From NCBI GenBank assembly GCA_024137785.1, contig JAHRHZ010000144.1, positions 51,482,801 through 51,546,800 of the forward strand: a stretch of DNA of 64,000 bases, given 5' to 3'. The position numbers and the translations under genes were made by a program. Shown here piece by piece: positions 25,346 to 36,930 of the stretch (positions within the stretch are counted from its first letter, which is position 1; every line of letters begins with the position of its first letter). Below the pieces are notes generated by a model that was given only the letters and a program-made list of their open reading frames with translations, was not told the DNA's origin and made no database searches. The DNA is from Ginglymostoma cirratum. Taxonomy: Eukaryota.

Positions 25346-26420
25346 ACAAATTACCCTACCTACATTTATTTAATGCCTCCATGGGGTCTCTCCTATTGTA
25401 TCTTATAGCAGCGAGGATTAACTTTTTCGTGTCCTGCCGCTCCGTTATCCCACATTCTGAGGATTGGGTAAGGCAGAATGAATCACGGGGCTCAGGTACA
25501 TGAACATTAATTTTACCTCCTTGACAGTGTCGAGTGTGCGGAGAACCCTTGATGGGTGAGTGCTTTCAAAAACCATTCAGGGTCAGCTGTGGGCTCAAAT
25601 ATGGAGATCATTTTTGCTATCCCCACCAATTACACCATTGTAAATGGACTTGTATAAGTAATTGGATTATTGTTCTGGCTGTCCTGATTGGTTGTGATCA
25701 ATGGATTTGTTGGGACGTTAGATGCCAGAAGGATGTATTCCCATCGGAAAGGGAGGTAGTGATCCCCATTCTTTGCTACTCTTGGCATATCTGCAGGCTT
25801 GTTTTTCCATTTCCTCCCAGTCTATCCCACAATCGCTGTCACCATCTGAATCTAATGTCCCAAATGAGCGTGGGAATTTAGGACTTCAATTTTTTAATCT
25901 TGCACTGGCATTTCAAATGGCTCACAGAACAAGGTCTGTTTTCTTTGCCTGCCTGGTGCATGACTCTGAATGTAACCTGTAGGTTTTTGCATTTCTCAGT
26001 CAGCTCATCCTCAGCTGTTTGAGCTGTGTACTGATCACTGACAGCGTGCTATGCCTCTGGCTCATTCCAGTGCACTGGTTCTGAAACTATCCCATGTGTT
26101 CCACTTTCACCTGCTTCTTCTGCTCCTGCTCTACTGTTTTGATGCTTACTTTTTCCAGTTCCTGCTTCACTTCCACCAACTCCTTATTTAGCCTCACATC
26201 CTCCCATTTTCTACTACTCAGCTGCTCACTGCAACTGGCTATTGCAATTATCCTGCTAAATTTTAAAACGTATTTTCCCTCAGTTTCCATATCACCTCCC
26301 CTAGCATTTCTGTCCTGTGGGTCCCAGTCCCAATATCTGCTCAATGTAATGGTTAACCTACCTGGGCCACTTCTTATTTAAGTACTTCCTTAGTACCTCT
26401 TCCAACTCTGAGCTCTGTGC
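25346..26420 (-). pseudogene. gag remnant of the env-bearing element (coiled coil + capsid-like)
   Basis: Coiled coil RLNKELVEVKQELEKVSIKTVEQEQKKQ, SHLKCQCKIKKLKS. KKLILAAIRYNRRDPMEALNKCR*G rejoins KGEHPTTF (21250) across the CR1 insertion. Confidence 0.6.
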
Positions 26421-28622
26421 TATTTTGTCAATTGTTTTCTTCTAATTTACTACTCTCTCTCTCTCTGTGTCCCATGGATCCCTGGCACTATATTGATCCT
26501 CAACTCTTTTCACTATCTCTTACCTCATAGGTCCCTGGCCCTGCTCTAGCTTCTCTGTATTCTCATGGGTCCTGTGTTTGGCTTCCTTGTCTTTGTTTCC
26601 TCTGGGGTCCCAACCTGGTACTAGCATATGCTTGATTTCCTTTTCCATGGGATCCCAACCCTGTACTAACACTGCTCTCTCAATCTCTCACCAGGGTTCA
26701 TTCAGGGCACAGGAGTTAAATGGAGACAAGGTCTGGCTCTTGCTAAATTTCCACCTCGTTGCACACTGCACTATGCTAGCTCTGAGCTCTGTCTTCCACA
26801 CATTACAAACACTTGGTTATGGCACAAACTGATCGTAAACCTTCACCCCCTTTCACCCACTTGAATCATGACCAGCATGTTGGGCAGCTGACCTCTTACA
26901 CTCAGGCTCATGCTGGGTGTCAGGCACAAGAAAGACACCATGCAGAAGTAAGGCAAAACATATAAGGAAATGCCTTAGGTTTCCAAAATAAATCGTTTAG
27001 GTGCTCATTTTGTTGTTTGTGTTATCGTGATGTTCTGTATACATTAAAAGTGAGTTATGGTGTCTACTTTGTTCCATTTACTCTGATTATTTAAAAGCTG
27101 GTGAATGGCATGAGTTCCATTGAGCAGGATCAAGTTGTGAAATTGATGGGTGGGTGCATGTCTGCAGGTATGAGATTTATTGTTAATGGGATTTGGGAGT
27201 TGTTTGTACAGGAATTGTGAGGAGAAGATTTTAATGCTACAAATATATTCACCAAGGGAGCCATACTTGGATGATGGTGTTGCTCAGTTCTCAGGCAGGC
27301 AGGTTTGTGGCTGTAGGCACCGAGCAGACCGTGAAAAGCTCTATCATCCACCAATTTCTACCATTGTTTGACACTCACTCTAATCCTCTCTATAGTGTCA
27401 TCTTTTACAGCTGTATCACACCACTGCTATCAAGGGCATGTTCGCTGAGATGTACTGAAGGGCATCTCCAGATCAGTCCAGGTAGTGGAACATCATTTTG
27501 AGAAAACCAATGCCTTGTTCTTTTGTTGACCTAGCAATAAATTGGCTCTGACTGGATTGTTCCTATGCCTCTGTAATAGTGTTTCTCCCTGACAATGTGA
27601 ACTGGATTGTGAAAGTATTCCTTCCAAACTAGATGCAAATTCAATCATTTTGTTGTGGCTGTTACCTAAGACTGCTTTATCTCTGAGGTCACTAATTAAT
27701 CCTTTCACAGTATAAATGTCAAGTTTAATATATCTTGCTCTCTGTTCAATTCCAAAACATGGTGACGTAAGAAAGCATGTCAAAAGCACTCAAGTCCTCA
27801 CCCAGGCTATTATTGTCAATCTGATTTTTCCAGTTTATATGTGAATTAAAGACATACATGATGATTGCTATCCCATCCTTTTATCACAACAACTCAATAT
27901 TTCTTCTCATATACTTTGTCTCACATTGTGATTATTATTAAGACCTGTAGACCATTGCTACTAGTGACCTCTTTCCCAGAATATTTGTCATCTCCATTCA
28001 AAGTGGTTCTACATTCTGATCTCCTAAACCAAGGTCATCATTGCCCAAATTCCATCCTTTACCAACTTTATATTTTAGTTCAGTGCCAAATACTCCTCAA
28101 TATTCACTTAGTGAACTTACAAATATGGGGGAAGTCATACTAAGCAAACAGATGCATTGGAGGCTGACAAATGTCCAGGTCTAGATGGGATGTCATCCTA
28201 AGGTCTTTGAAGAGATGAGCCAGTAGATGAATTGGTATTACTTTTCCAAAATTTCCTCAATTCAGGAAATATTCCATCTTACTGGAAAGCAGCAAATATC
28301 ACCCCTCTATTCAAGAAAGGAGGGAGCCAGAAAACAAGAAATTATAGGCCAGTTGGCTTGATGTCTGTTATGGGGAAGTAATTGAAATTGATCATTAAAG
28401 AGATGATAGCTTAGGAAAATTCAAGATAATCAGGAAGAGTCAGTGTGGTTTACTGAAAGGGAAATCATATTGAACGAACTCATTAGAGACCTTCGGAGGA
28501 ATATCATGAGCTGTGGATAAAAGGAGCCTGTAGGTGTACTGTACTTAGATTTCCAGGAGGCATTTGATAAGGTGCCACAGCAAAGTTATTGTGGAAAATA
28601 ACAGCTCAGGGTATTGAGGTAA

Positions 28623-28717
28623 CAGGGTGTAGAGCTGGATGAACACAGCAGGCCAAGCAGCACCAGAGGAGCAGGAAAGCTGATGTTTCGGGTCTGGACC
28701 CTTCTTCAGAAAAATTG
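28623..28717 (-). mobile_element. Penelope-like fragment (family A), 15-bp TSD
   Basis: TSD agggtattgaggtaa at 28608 and 28718; core CUGAAGA-A-GGGUCCAGACCC-GAAAC-AUC. Confidence 0.85.
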
Positions 28718-29367
28718 AGGGTATTGAGGTAATGTATTAGCATAGATAGAAGTTTGGCTGGCTGGCAGAAACCGGAGATTATACACAAGACGGTCTTTGT
28801 CTAATTGGCAGGATGTGATAAGTAGAGTTCTGCAGGGATTTGTGCTGGTCCCTCAACAATTTACAGTCTACATCAGTGACTTTAATGAGGAGAAGGAATA
28901 TACGGAAGCTGAATTTGCAGATAACACTCAGGTAAGTAATTGTGTTGTGAAGAAGTCGCAAGGAGATTGTAGATGAAGGTAGATAGGTTGTGTGCAAAAT
29001 ATCTGGCAGATAAAATATCAAGTTGCTCACATTGACATGAAGGATGAAAAAGCACAGTATAACATAAATTGAGAAGAAAAACTGTGGAATTCTGAGGTGC
29101 CGAGGATTTAGGTGCTCTCTTGAATGAGTAACAAAGCTTTAGCATATAGATGCAGCATATACTCAAGAAGTTTAATGGGATGCTAATCATTATTACAAGA
29201 GAAGTTGAACATAAAGGTAACAATGCTCTGCCTCAGTTATGCAGGGCATTGGTGAGACCACATCTTGAATATTGTTTGCAGTTATGGTCTCCGTCTTTAA
29301 GGAAAGATATAAATGCAATGGAGATAGTTCGGAGGAGGTTCACTATATCAATACCAGGAATCAGTGC

Positions 29368-29492
29368 TAGAGATAATAGGTACTGCATATGCTGAAGGGT
29401 CTGATGAAGGGTCTAGGCCCAAAACGTCAAGCTTTCCTGCTCCTATGATGCTGCTTGGCCTGCTGTGTTCATCCAGCTCCACACCTTGTTAT
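29368..29492 (+). mobile_element. Penelope-like fragment (family A) with short inverted 5' piece, 14-bp TSD
   Basis: TSD ccaggaatcagtgc at 29354 and 29493; ctgatgaagggtctaggcccaaaacgtc (GAAA changed to AAAA). Confidence 0.85.
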
Positions 29493-29571
29493 CCAGGAAT
29501 CAGTGCATTGTCATATTAGGATGGGTTGGACAGTGTAAGTTTACATCACTGGAGTTTAGAAGAGTTTAGAA

Positions 29572-31151
29572 GAATGCTCAATGCATTCTATGCTCATTTC
29601 GAACAGAAAGTCAGTGAAACAACATCACCTATCCCAACAGTCTTGGGTGCACCTCTACTCATAGTCACCCCCGGAGAAGTCAGATCAGCCTTCTTGAGAG
29701 TGAACCCACAGAAAGTAACTGGCCCAGATAGAGTCACCAATTGTGCACTCAGACACTGTCTGCTGGAGGGAGTATTCACAGACATCTTTAACCTCTCCTT
29801 ACTATGACCTGAAATCCCCACTTGCTTCAAGAAGACCACCATCATCACAGTGCCAAAGAAAAACCAGGCAGCGTGCCTCAATGACTACTGCACAGTGGCT
29901 CTGACTTCATATTTATGAAGCACTTTGAGAGGTTAGTCATGGATCACATCAACTCCAACCTCCTAGACTGCCTTAATCCCTTGCAATTTGCCTAGTGGTG
30001 CAACAGGTCCATGCAGACACCATCTCCCTGGCCCTATACATATCCCTAGAACATCTGGATAACAAGGATACCTACATCAGGCTCCTGCTTATGGACTACA
30101 GTTCCGCCATAATTCCAAACAAACTCATCTCTAAATTCCTAGATCTTGGCTCCCCCTGCTATAACTGGATCCTTGACATTCTAACCCGTGGAGCACAATC
30201 AATAAGGATAGGCGACAACACCTCTTCTTCCATAATCCTCAATGCCAGTGCCCCACAACACTGTTATATTCCTTGTACACTCACAACTGCATGGCCAAAT
30301 TCCACCCTAACTCCATTTACAAGTTTGCTGATGACACCATGATTGTAGGACAGATCTCAAACAACAGAGTACAGCAAAGAGATTGAGTGCTTAGCAGCAC
30401 GGTGTAAAGACAATAACTTCTCTGTGAATGTCAGCAAAACAAAGGCGCTGGTCATTGACTTCAGGAATCAGAGTAGAGGGCACACTCCTGCCTGTATCAA
30501 TGGTGCTGAGGTGGAGATGGTTGAGAGCATCAAGTTCCTGGGAGTGATGATCACCAACAATCTGTCCTGGTCCACCCATATTGAAGCAATGGTCAAGAAA
30601 GCACACTAAAGTCATTACTTCCTCGGGAGGCTAAGGAAATTCAGCATGTCCACAAGGACTCTTACTAATTGTTATAGATGCACCAGAGAAAGCATCCTAT
30701 CTGAATGCATCACAGTGTGGTATGGCAACTGCTTTTCCCAAGACCACAAGAAACTACAGAGAGTCCTGAACACAGCCCAGTCCATCATGCAAACCAGCTT
30801 TCTATCCATTGACTCCATCTATACTTCCCATTGCCTTGGGAAAGCAATGAACATAATCAAAGACCCCTCCCACCCTCTTCCATTGGGCAGAAGATATAAA
30901 AGTTTGAATACATGTATGAACAGATCCAAGAACAGCTTCTTTCCCACTGCTATCAGACTTTTAAATAGACCTCTCAAATGTTAATTCTGATCTGTCTCTT
31001 TGCACGTTCTGCGCAGCTGTGAAACTTTTGGCACTGTTCTGTTATCCTGATGCACTTTGTGTGGTACGATCTGCCTGTATAGCATGCACAACAATACTTT
31101 TCACTCTGTTCCTGTACATGCAACAACAATCAATCAGTCAATCAATCAATC
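29572..31151 (+). mobile_element. Rex1/Babar LINE, 5'-truncated, RT domain
   Basis: LNAFYAHFE, VFTDIFNLSL, FKKTTIITVPKK, LNDY, KFADDT, KTKALVIDFR, NSFFPTAIRLLN; (caat)n tail. Confidence 0.92.
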
Positions 31152-32384
31152 GAGTGAGGGCTCTTGACATGGTAGATATCAAAAGGATGTTTCCTTATGT
31201 GCGCAAGTACATAACTTAGAGACACTGTTTTAAAATTTGGGGTCACCTATTTAGAACAGAGAGGAGGAGAGTTTTTTTTTCTCTGAGGGTTGTGTGACTT
31301 CAGAATTCTCTGAGTCAGAATGCAGTGCAGGCAGGGTCATTAAATATTTTTAAGGTGGAGATAGATTTTTGTGAGGCAATGGAATCAAAGGTTATTGGGA
31401 GTAGATGCAAATATGAAATTCAAATCACGAACAGACCAACCATGATCCAATTAAATGACAGAGAAGGCCTGAGGTCTCAAATAACCTGCTTTTTGACTGA
31501 TACCAGAATCTTTGCCAATCAATTTAATCCAATCTATATGGAGATTAAAATAACCTACAGTATGGCAGTGTTAGTATTTTCTTTTTAACAAGCCCACCAG
31601 TATTTCTTTCCATATACACTGTCCCAAAGTATTGTTGCTATTAGGGGATCTATTAACCACTTCCTTAATGCCATCTTACATTTGCTACTTCTTATATCTA
31701 TCCAAACTAATTTTACAATTAGATCTTCTGAACTAAGTTAATTTTTCATGACTGTACTACATCATCCTAAATTAACTCACATTCCCCACCAGATTAGTTT
31801 CTGCTCTTTTGAAGCATCAAGTCCCCTTGAAAGTTTAGGCCCAGCCTTGGTCACCTTTCAAGACATCTCTGAAAGGGCTATCAGGTCATACATATTTATT
31901 TTTGTTTATGTTATGAATTCATGCATTTTATTCTCTTTTTACAATCCTTGGGTACATTCAGATATCTTAATTGTGTCTTCTTGCCATTCTAACAACTTCA
32001 GGCCTTATCAATTTGCAAGTTGTTTATATGCTGTGTCCTTTCCAAAATTCAGACGGCAACTTCAACGCTCTATTGCCTTGAACTTATTCTTCATTTTATC
32101 CCATCCCTCACTCTTTAGTTTAAGGCCATTTCTACCACTCTTGTTACTTAACTTTTGAGCATGCTTGTCCCAACTGAAGACCAAAGATAATGTTTTCAGA
32201 ATTAGAACTTATTTCTCCCACATCTACCTTTCAGCCATACATTTAACTCTCTCCTCTTATTTACTCTGTTGTAATTTGCCTGCCACAGAGCCTATTAAGT
32301 AATAATCCAAAGGTTATTGTATTTGTGATTGCACTTTTAATTTTCAACTGGTCATTATCCCTAAGCAGAATCTCTTTTCAAAAG

Positions 32385-32818
32385 CAATAATATTGTCCTT
32401 AGAGAATCTCGAAGTGCTCTAGTCAATGGAGTGCTTATTTTCATACGTAGTTACTACTGTAGCATAGGAAACAATGTGCAGACAATGTAGCAACTACCAG
32501 ACGATGTCCACTTTTGTGATGTTGGAGGAGGGGTACAGACTAACTACGTCAGGGAGAGCTCCCATGCCTTTATCCGAAGTAGCACCTTGTGATCTTTTAC
32601 GTTCTCTTGTGTTGACAGTCGGATCTTCGGTATATGTCTCATCGGAAGGAATTTCAGCTTCAGATAAAGACAGCAATCCCTCAGTGACACACATACGAGT
32701 ATGACTTTTGTGACTTAAACCTCTCCATTCCTGGAACTTGAGGTTTCCACCTGATTTCTTCAATCCGAAAACCACAACCTCGGAGACAGAAATGAGTGCG
32801 CTGCCAACCGAGCCGTGA
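32385..32818 (-). mobile_element. Ancient DeuSINE (SacSINE1/AmnSINE-like)
   Basis: tRNA-like head ggctcggttggcagcgcac; Deu-domain-like ctgagggattgctg..ccgatgagacatataccgaag..cgtaaaagatcacaaggtgctacttcg..caacatcacaaaa; tail gtttcctatgctacagtagtaactac. Confidence 0.65.
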
Positions 32819-34137
32819 ATTGTAGTATGTGGGGTTCAATACTCAAACAGCGATAAAGATGGTTAGCGTTTAAGGGTACATTAACGCGCGTCTTCACAGT
32901 GACACCAAATTTCCTCGATCTTTAACAGCGGAATTTGGCTGTAGATCATACAACGTGTTTTAAGGGAGGGGCAAATTGGCAGGATATTGGCAGCGCAAGT
33001 AATTCAAAGCTACAGTTTTACCTTGTAGCTAAACTGATAATGTAATGTGCGAGTTTTTTCTCGGTCCTCAGGGTAGGCACTACTGCGTTCAACCCTTTCA
33101 GTGACTGGATGCTCTAGGTTGCCTGTTCTTCATATCTCAAGGCAAACAAGCTGTTTTATTTCCCCATATCAATTTATCCGTGCGTCATAAACTCTGTAGT
33201 AAACGTAGTTTGAGCATCCAATGGAGCTTGACGAAAGATGTAGATGTCAAATCACCAAGCCGCATTTCAGCTGAGTGATAAGGGCAAATTATATTTCTAA
33301 CCAAATGAGCGTCTGTAAGGATTTTATCGCAGCGGTTATTACGTATTAATATAGCGCTGAAGATGACCACGATATCAAAAACCGTTACAATGCAGCACAG
33401 TAATGGATTGCCATACAATTTACGGGGAGCATTCCTTGTTTCTTCCCGTTATTCGGTGTAAAACAGAAATATTTTGGATGTTTTGTTTTAGTTGTAGGCC
33501 TCTGCAATGAATACATCAACGGAATATTCATGGATATCAAACGAACTGCAGGATTCATGGGCACTTCCAGAAACGTTTCTGTCGACTTAATCAGCTAATG
33601 CATCAAATAGGTTCAAAATCAAACCATTTCGGTCATAATGTTTATTATTCCCGAGAAAATGATGTGCACTGCATTTGATATAAGGTGAAATTGCACAGCA
33701 GTCATCATCATTTTCAAATATATATAGAAATAAGTGGGAGAGTATTTTACCATTCATTAAACTGAACAGGATTTAATCCAATCCCAGCACATAATAAATG
33801 GGGACGCAGTTAATGTTCATAAAAAGCCGTCTCCTGGTGAGGGCTGTGTTGAGCCGCCGTCTCCCCAGCAATTCTCTGGGCAAATCGAGATTCACTTTCG
33901 GATTATCCGTGGTCCCTTTGATGATCTATAATTAGCCACGGTAGGAGATTGTCTACGTGCAACCAGAGCTTTTTCACGCCGTTATGCACAATCTGTGCGA
34001 AATGCGGCAGCCACACTAAAGTACCGTCACCGAAAATGCAGACCCGATTAAAAATCCGAATAGAACAGGAACGGTAACGCAATATACGAGGACAATTACT
34101 TTAGCAGCCGCGGGGCGCGCGGATCAACAGAATGGGC

Positions 34138-34320
34138 CAACAAAAACAGAAATTGCTGGAAAATCTTAGCAACTCGGGAGAGAGAAATCAGAAGTGTCAC
34201 TGGACCCGAGACGTTAACTCTGATTTCTTTCCACAGATGCCGCCAGAACGGCTGAGATTTTGCAGCAATTTCTGTTTTTGTTTCTGATTTTCCAGCATCC
34301 GCAGCTCGTTCGGTTTTCTA
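34138..34320 (+). mobile_element. Penelope-like terminal repeat (family C) with short inverted arm, in the proximal promoter
   Basis: caaaaacagaaattgctggaaaatct mirrors agattttgcagcaatttctgtttttg; contains gtcactggacccgagacgttaactctg. Confidence 0.8.
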
Positions 34321-34323
34321 CCC

Positions 34324-34438
34324 GAACTACAAATCCCATAATGCCCGGTCGCGGCAACGTGATTGGTGGTAATACCAGCTCCGCACTTGCTATTGGCTGG
34401 GGTGATAGATCACGTGCCAGGAGCCGCCGAGCGATTGG
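34324..34438 (+). promoter_or_regulatory. Proximal promoter: ZNF143/SBS motif, three reverse CCAAT boxes, E-box
   Basis: GAACTACAAATCCCATAATGC at 34324-34344; ATTGG at 34362, 34392, 34434; ATCACGTG at 34409-34416; all 90-200 bp upstream of the ATG. Confidence 0.8.
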
Positions 34439-34526
34439 TCGCCCAGGCCGGTGTTACCTGATACGAATATCAAGCAGCGAGCCAGAGCAGCGGGGCTCGC
34501 GGCACAGGTACCAGCGGAGAGGAGAC

Positions 34527-34574
34527 ATGGACAGCAAGGAGCAAGGAGCCCAAATGGAGCCATTGTTACCCACG
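34527..34574 (+). CDS. slc4a10: Sodium-driven chloride/bicarbonate exchanger (NCBE/NBCn2), coding exon 1
   Basis: GACATGG start; MDSKEQGAQMEPLLPT versus recalled human SLC4A10 MEIKDQGAQMEPLLPT; phase-0 donor ACG|GTAATG. Confidence 0.92.
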
Positions 34575-35999
34575 GTAATGCCTCATCTCTCGTCCACGTA
34601 GGAAAAGCAAATTATACATTCATTCCATTCAGAAATAGAACCCTTCCTCCCCCATCCCTCTCCGTAAACACTTGCCAGGTGACTTTTAGCGTTGGTTAAA
34701 TGAACGGTAACAGATGGCAATACTGTTAATTGTGCGTTTTTATCTATTTCTAAACAATACTGTGTTTTATGGTAACAAAGCCAATGGATTTAAAATTATT
34801 CCACCTGAACTGGCAGAATCCATTGACGGCACGAGAGAAAATACAGTAGGGTGATGCTTAGAAACATCTTTAGGAAGCTACCCGAGTACCAAATATTCGT
34901 CAGTGAGATTAGTAACATAGTAACACGGATGTAGAAAATTCCCTGCTGAATTGTGACGGGCACTCGCCTTTTTCCATCAAAAGATGTTGGAAAATCCACG
35001 AGTGAGGGACTGGTAATGAACTGACGTGCTCTGTATTGTCAGTGCGCAAAGTCATGGTAACACTGGGAAAGCTAAGAAATTGACTCGACGCAGTTACAGT
35101 CCGTGGGAATCAGTTGTTAGCACGTTGACATTAAAAGAACCCTGCTGAATTCCTGTTAGCTGTTCGCAATCAGATCGAAATATTCTTGAGTACAAAGGCA
35201 AGTGAAAATTGAATGTGGAAGACGATTGGTTAATATACATGTATCTTACGAAGGATTCATAGTTTGCCATTTCCAAAGGTTTCTTTTTTAAACTGAAAAA
35301 CAAATCCTTAGTAATTTATGACCCCCCTCCCGTCTCCTGCAAGGAGCGTTTATTTATTCCTATTTATCATCTTAAGCCTAAGCAAAATTACGTTTTAGAT
35401 GTCCAGCCGAATCAATTGATATTGTAGTTTTGACATCAGATTTCCTACTATGATGAACATTTCTGAAAAAACTCCTTTGTCAGATCATGACTAATGTAAA
35501 GTTACCATCATGACAGTTTGTAATAAATATTTGATTTTAGCATTTATGTATATTTTAATCAAAATGTGTTTTAACTTTTTTGGAATTTTCTTGACCTCAC
35601 TTGAATATTGTTAAATAAATGTATAGTACATTTGCAAGAGTAGATGGCATTTAAAATCATCTTAACATATAGGTAAGTTTGGAACACTAGTCAACATAGA
35701 TTTGTGAATGGCAAAGTGATATGGCAGCTACTTCAATTATTGACTTCTCAAAACCGTATTTTTTTAAGAGAAATTAAAGGGTTTTTGTTATCATGACATT
35801 ACTGCACCCATACTGTCCTTTCCCAGTAGTCTTAAAGGTGTTTTGGATTTTCTACATTGTTTATGAGGCATGATTCAGTTTTAGCGGTTATTACTGGAGA
35901 ATGACAGGCTTTAATGACCTTGAAAAATGGTGATTAATAATTTTAAATAACACACTTCACTGCAGTTTAGCTGTGGGAGAATAACTTGTAAATGGCATA

Positions 36000-36325
36000 G
36001 ACATAGAACCATCAAATCTCTACAGTACAGATAGAGGCCATTCAGCCCATCAAGTAGCACTGACCCTCTGAAAGGCATCCCAAACAATTCTCACAACCCC
36101 ATATTTATCGTGGCCAATCCATGTACCCTGCACAGCCTCGGACACTATGGGGCAATTTAGCATGGCCAATCCACCTAACTTGCGCATCTTTGGACTGTGG
36201 GAGGAAACTGGAGCAAAACAGACACGAGGAGAATGTGCAAAGTCCACACAGACTGTCACCCAAGGCTGGAATTGAATCTGGATGTCTGGCGCTATGAGGC
36301 AGCAGTGCTAACCACCAAGCCACCA
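36000..36325 (-). mobile_element. HE1-like V-SINE
   Basis: Reverse complement of head tggcttggtggttagcactgctgcctcatagcgccag, V-domain and CR1 tail. Confidence 0.9.
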
Positions 36326-36357
36326 AGTTGTCCATTATAGGCACGTTGGAGGAAGGA

Positions 36358-36560
36358 CATAGAAACAGGAGGAGATAATTCAGCCTCTCAGACTTTTACA
36401 CAGGAACAGGAGGTGAATCAACCCCTTCTTGAGCCTGTTAGGCAAGAACAGGTGGAGGGCATTCAGCACTTTCTAGGTCTGCAACACTGGAACAAGAGGA
36501 GACCATCCAGCCGTTCAGTCTGTCACATAGGAACAGGAAGAAGCCATTCAGCCCTTCTCT
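36358..36560. repeat. Degenerate minisatellite, 5 x ~42 bp, derived from a LINE 3' terminus
   Basis: aaca(g/a)g anchors at 36364, 36405, 36447, 36491, 36532; consensus ~ggaacaggaggagnccattcagcccct. Confidence 0.75.
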
Positions 36561-36659
36561 ATCCATATTTTTTGGCTCCTAACCCCTTGCACAATAAGAA
36601 TCTATCAGTCTCAGTTTTGAGTCTTTAAATAGGTTTCCTGCTTCAATCGCTTTTAGGCA

Positions 36660-36930
36660 GAGAGCTTAAGGTGAGAGGGGTAAAGTTTAAAGGACATGTG
36701 TGAGGCAAGTTTTTTTTACACAGTGGGTGGTGGATGCTTGGAACACGGTTCCAGGGGAAGTGGTGAAGCAGATACGATAGCCATGTCAAAGAGGCATTTG
36801 GACAGACATGTGAACAGGCAGGAAGTAGAAGGATACAGACCATGTGCAGGCAGATAGAAAGGTATCATGGTTGGCACAGACATGGTGGGTCAAAAGGCCT
36901 GCCCTGTGCTGTACTCTTCTATGTTCTATA
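36660..36930 (+). mobile_element. CR1 3' end
   Basis: tttttttacacagtgggtggtggatgcttggaac...ctgtgctgtactcttctatgttctat. Confidence 0.85.

Larger units (their letters stand above)
14700..26920 (-). mobile_element. Envelope-bearing LTR retroelement / endogenous retrovirus-like (lokiretrovirus-like), decayed and multiply interrupted
   Basis: Order gag (26400-25350, 21250-21195), RT (20370-19750), Ty3-type tether RNase H, second RNase H, integrase, env-like ORF with TM helix. LTRs not confidently located. Confidence 0.75.
28140..31500 (+). mobile_element. Degenerate CR1 LINE ORF2/3' end with nested insertions
   Basis: WKAANITPLFKKG, NYRPV, YLDFQEAFDKVP, LVRPHLEYCLQLWSP; interrupted by two Penelope fragments and a Rex1. 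Confidence 0.85.
32480..35420. promoter_or_regulatory. CpG island around the gene start
   Basis: CpG dinucleotides are visibly abundant (e.g. gccgcggggcgcgcgg at ~34107), against strong depletion elsewhere. Boundaries approximate. Confidence 0.75.

Noticed and set aside
34409-34574. Lysosomal membrane protein gene (CLEAR-like E-box plus MEPLL dileucine-like motif)
   Set aside because: Exon 2 identifies the gene as SLC4A10-type.
34260-34601. 113-aa ORF as a whole
   Set aside because: It starts at a non-ATG codon within a repeat and crosses the promoter; only 34527-34574 is coding.
36358-36560. CRISPR-like array
   Set aside because: Units are diverged along their whole length with no unique spacers, the context is eukaryotic, and the unit derives from a LINE tail.
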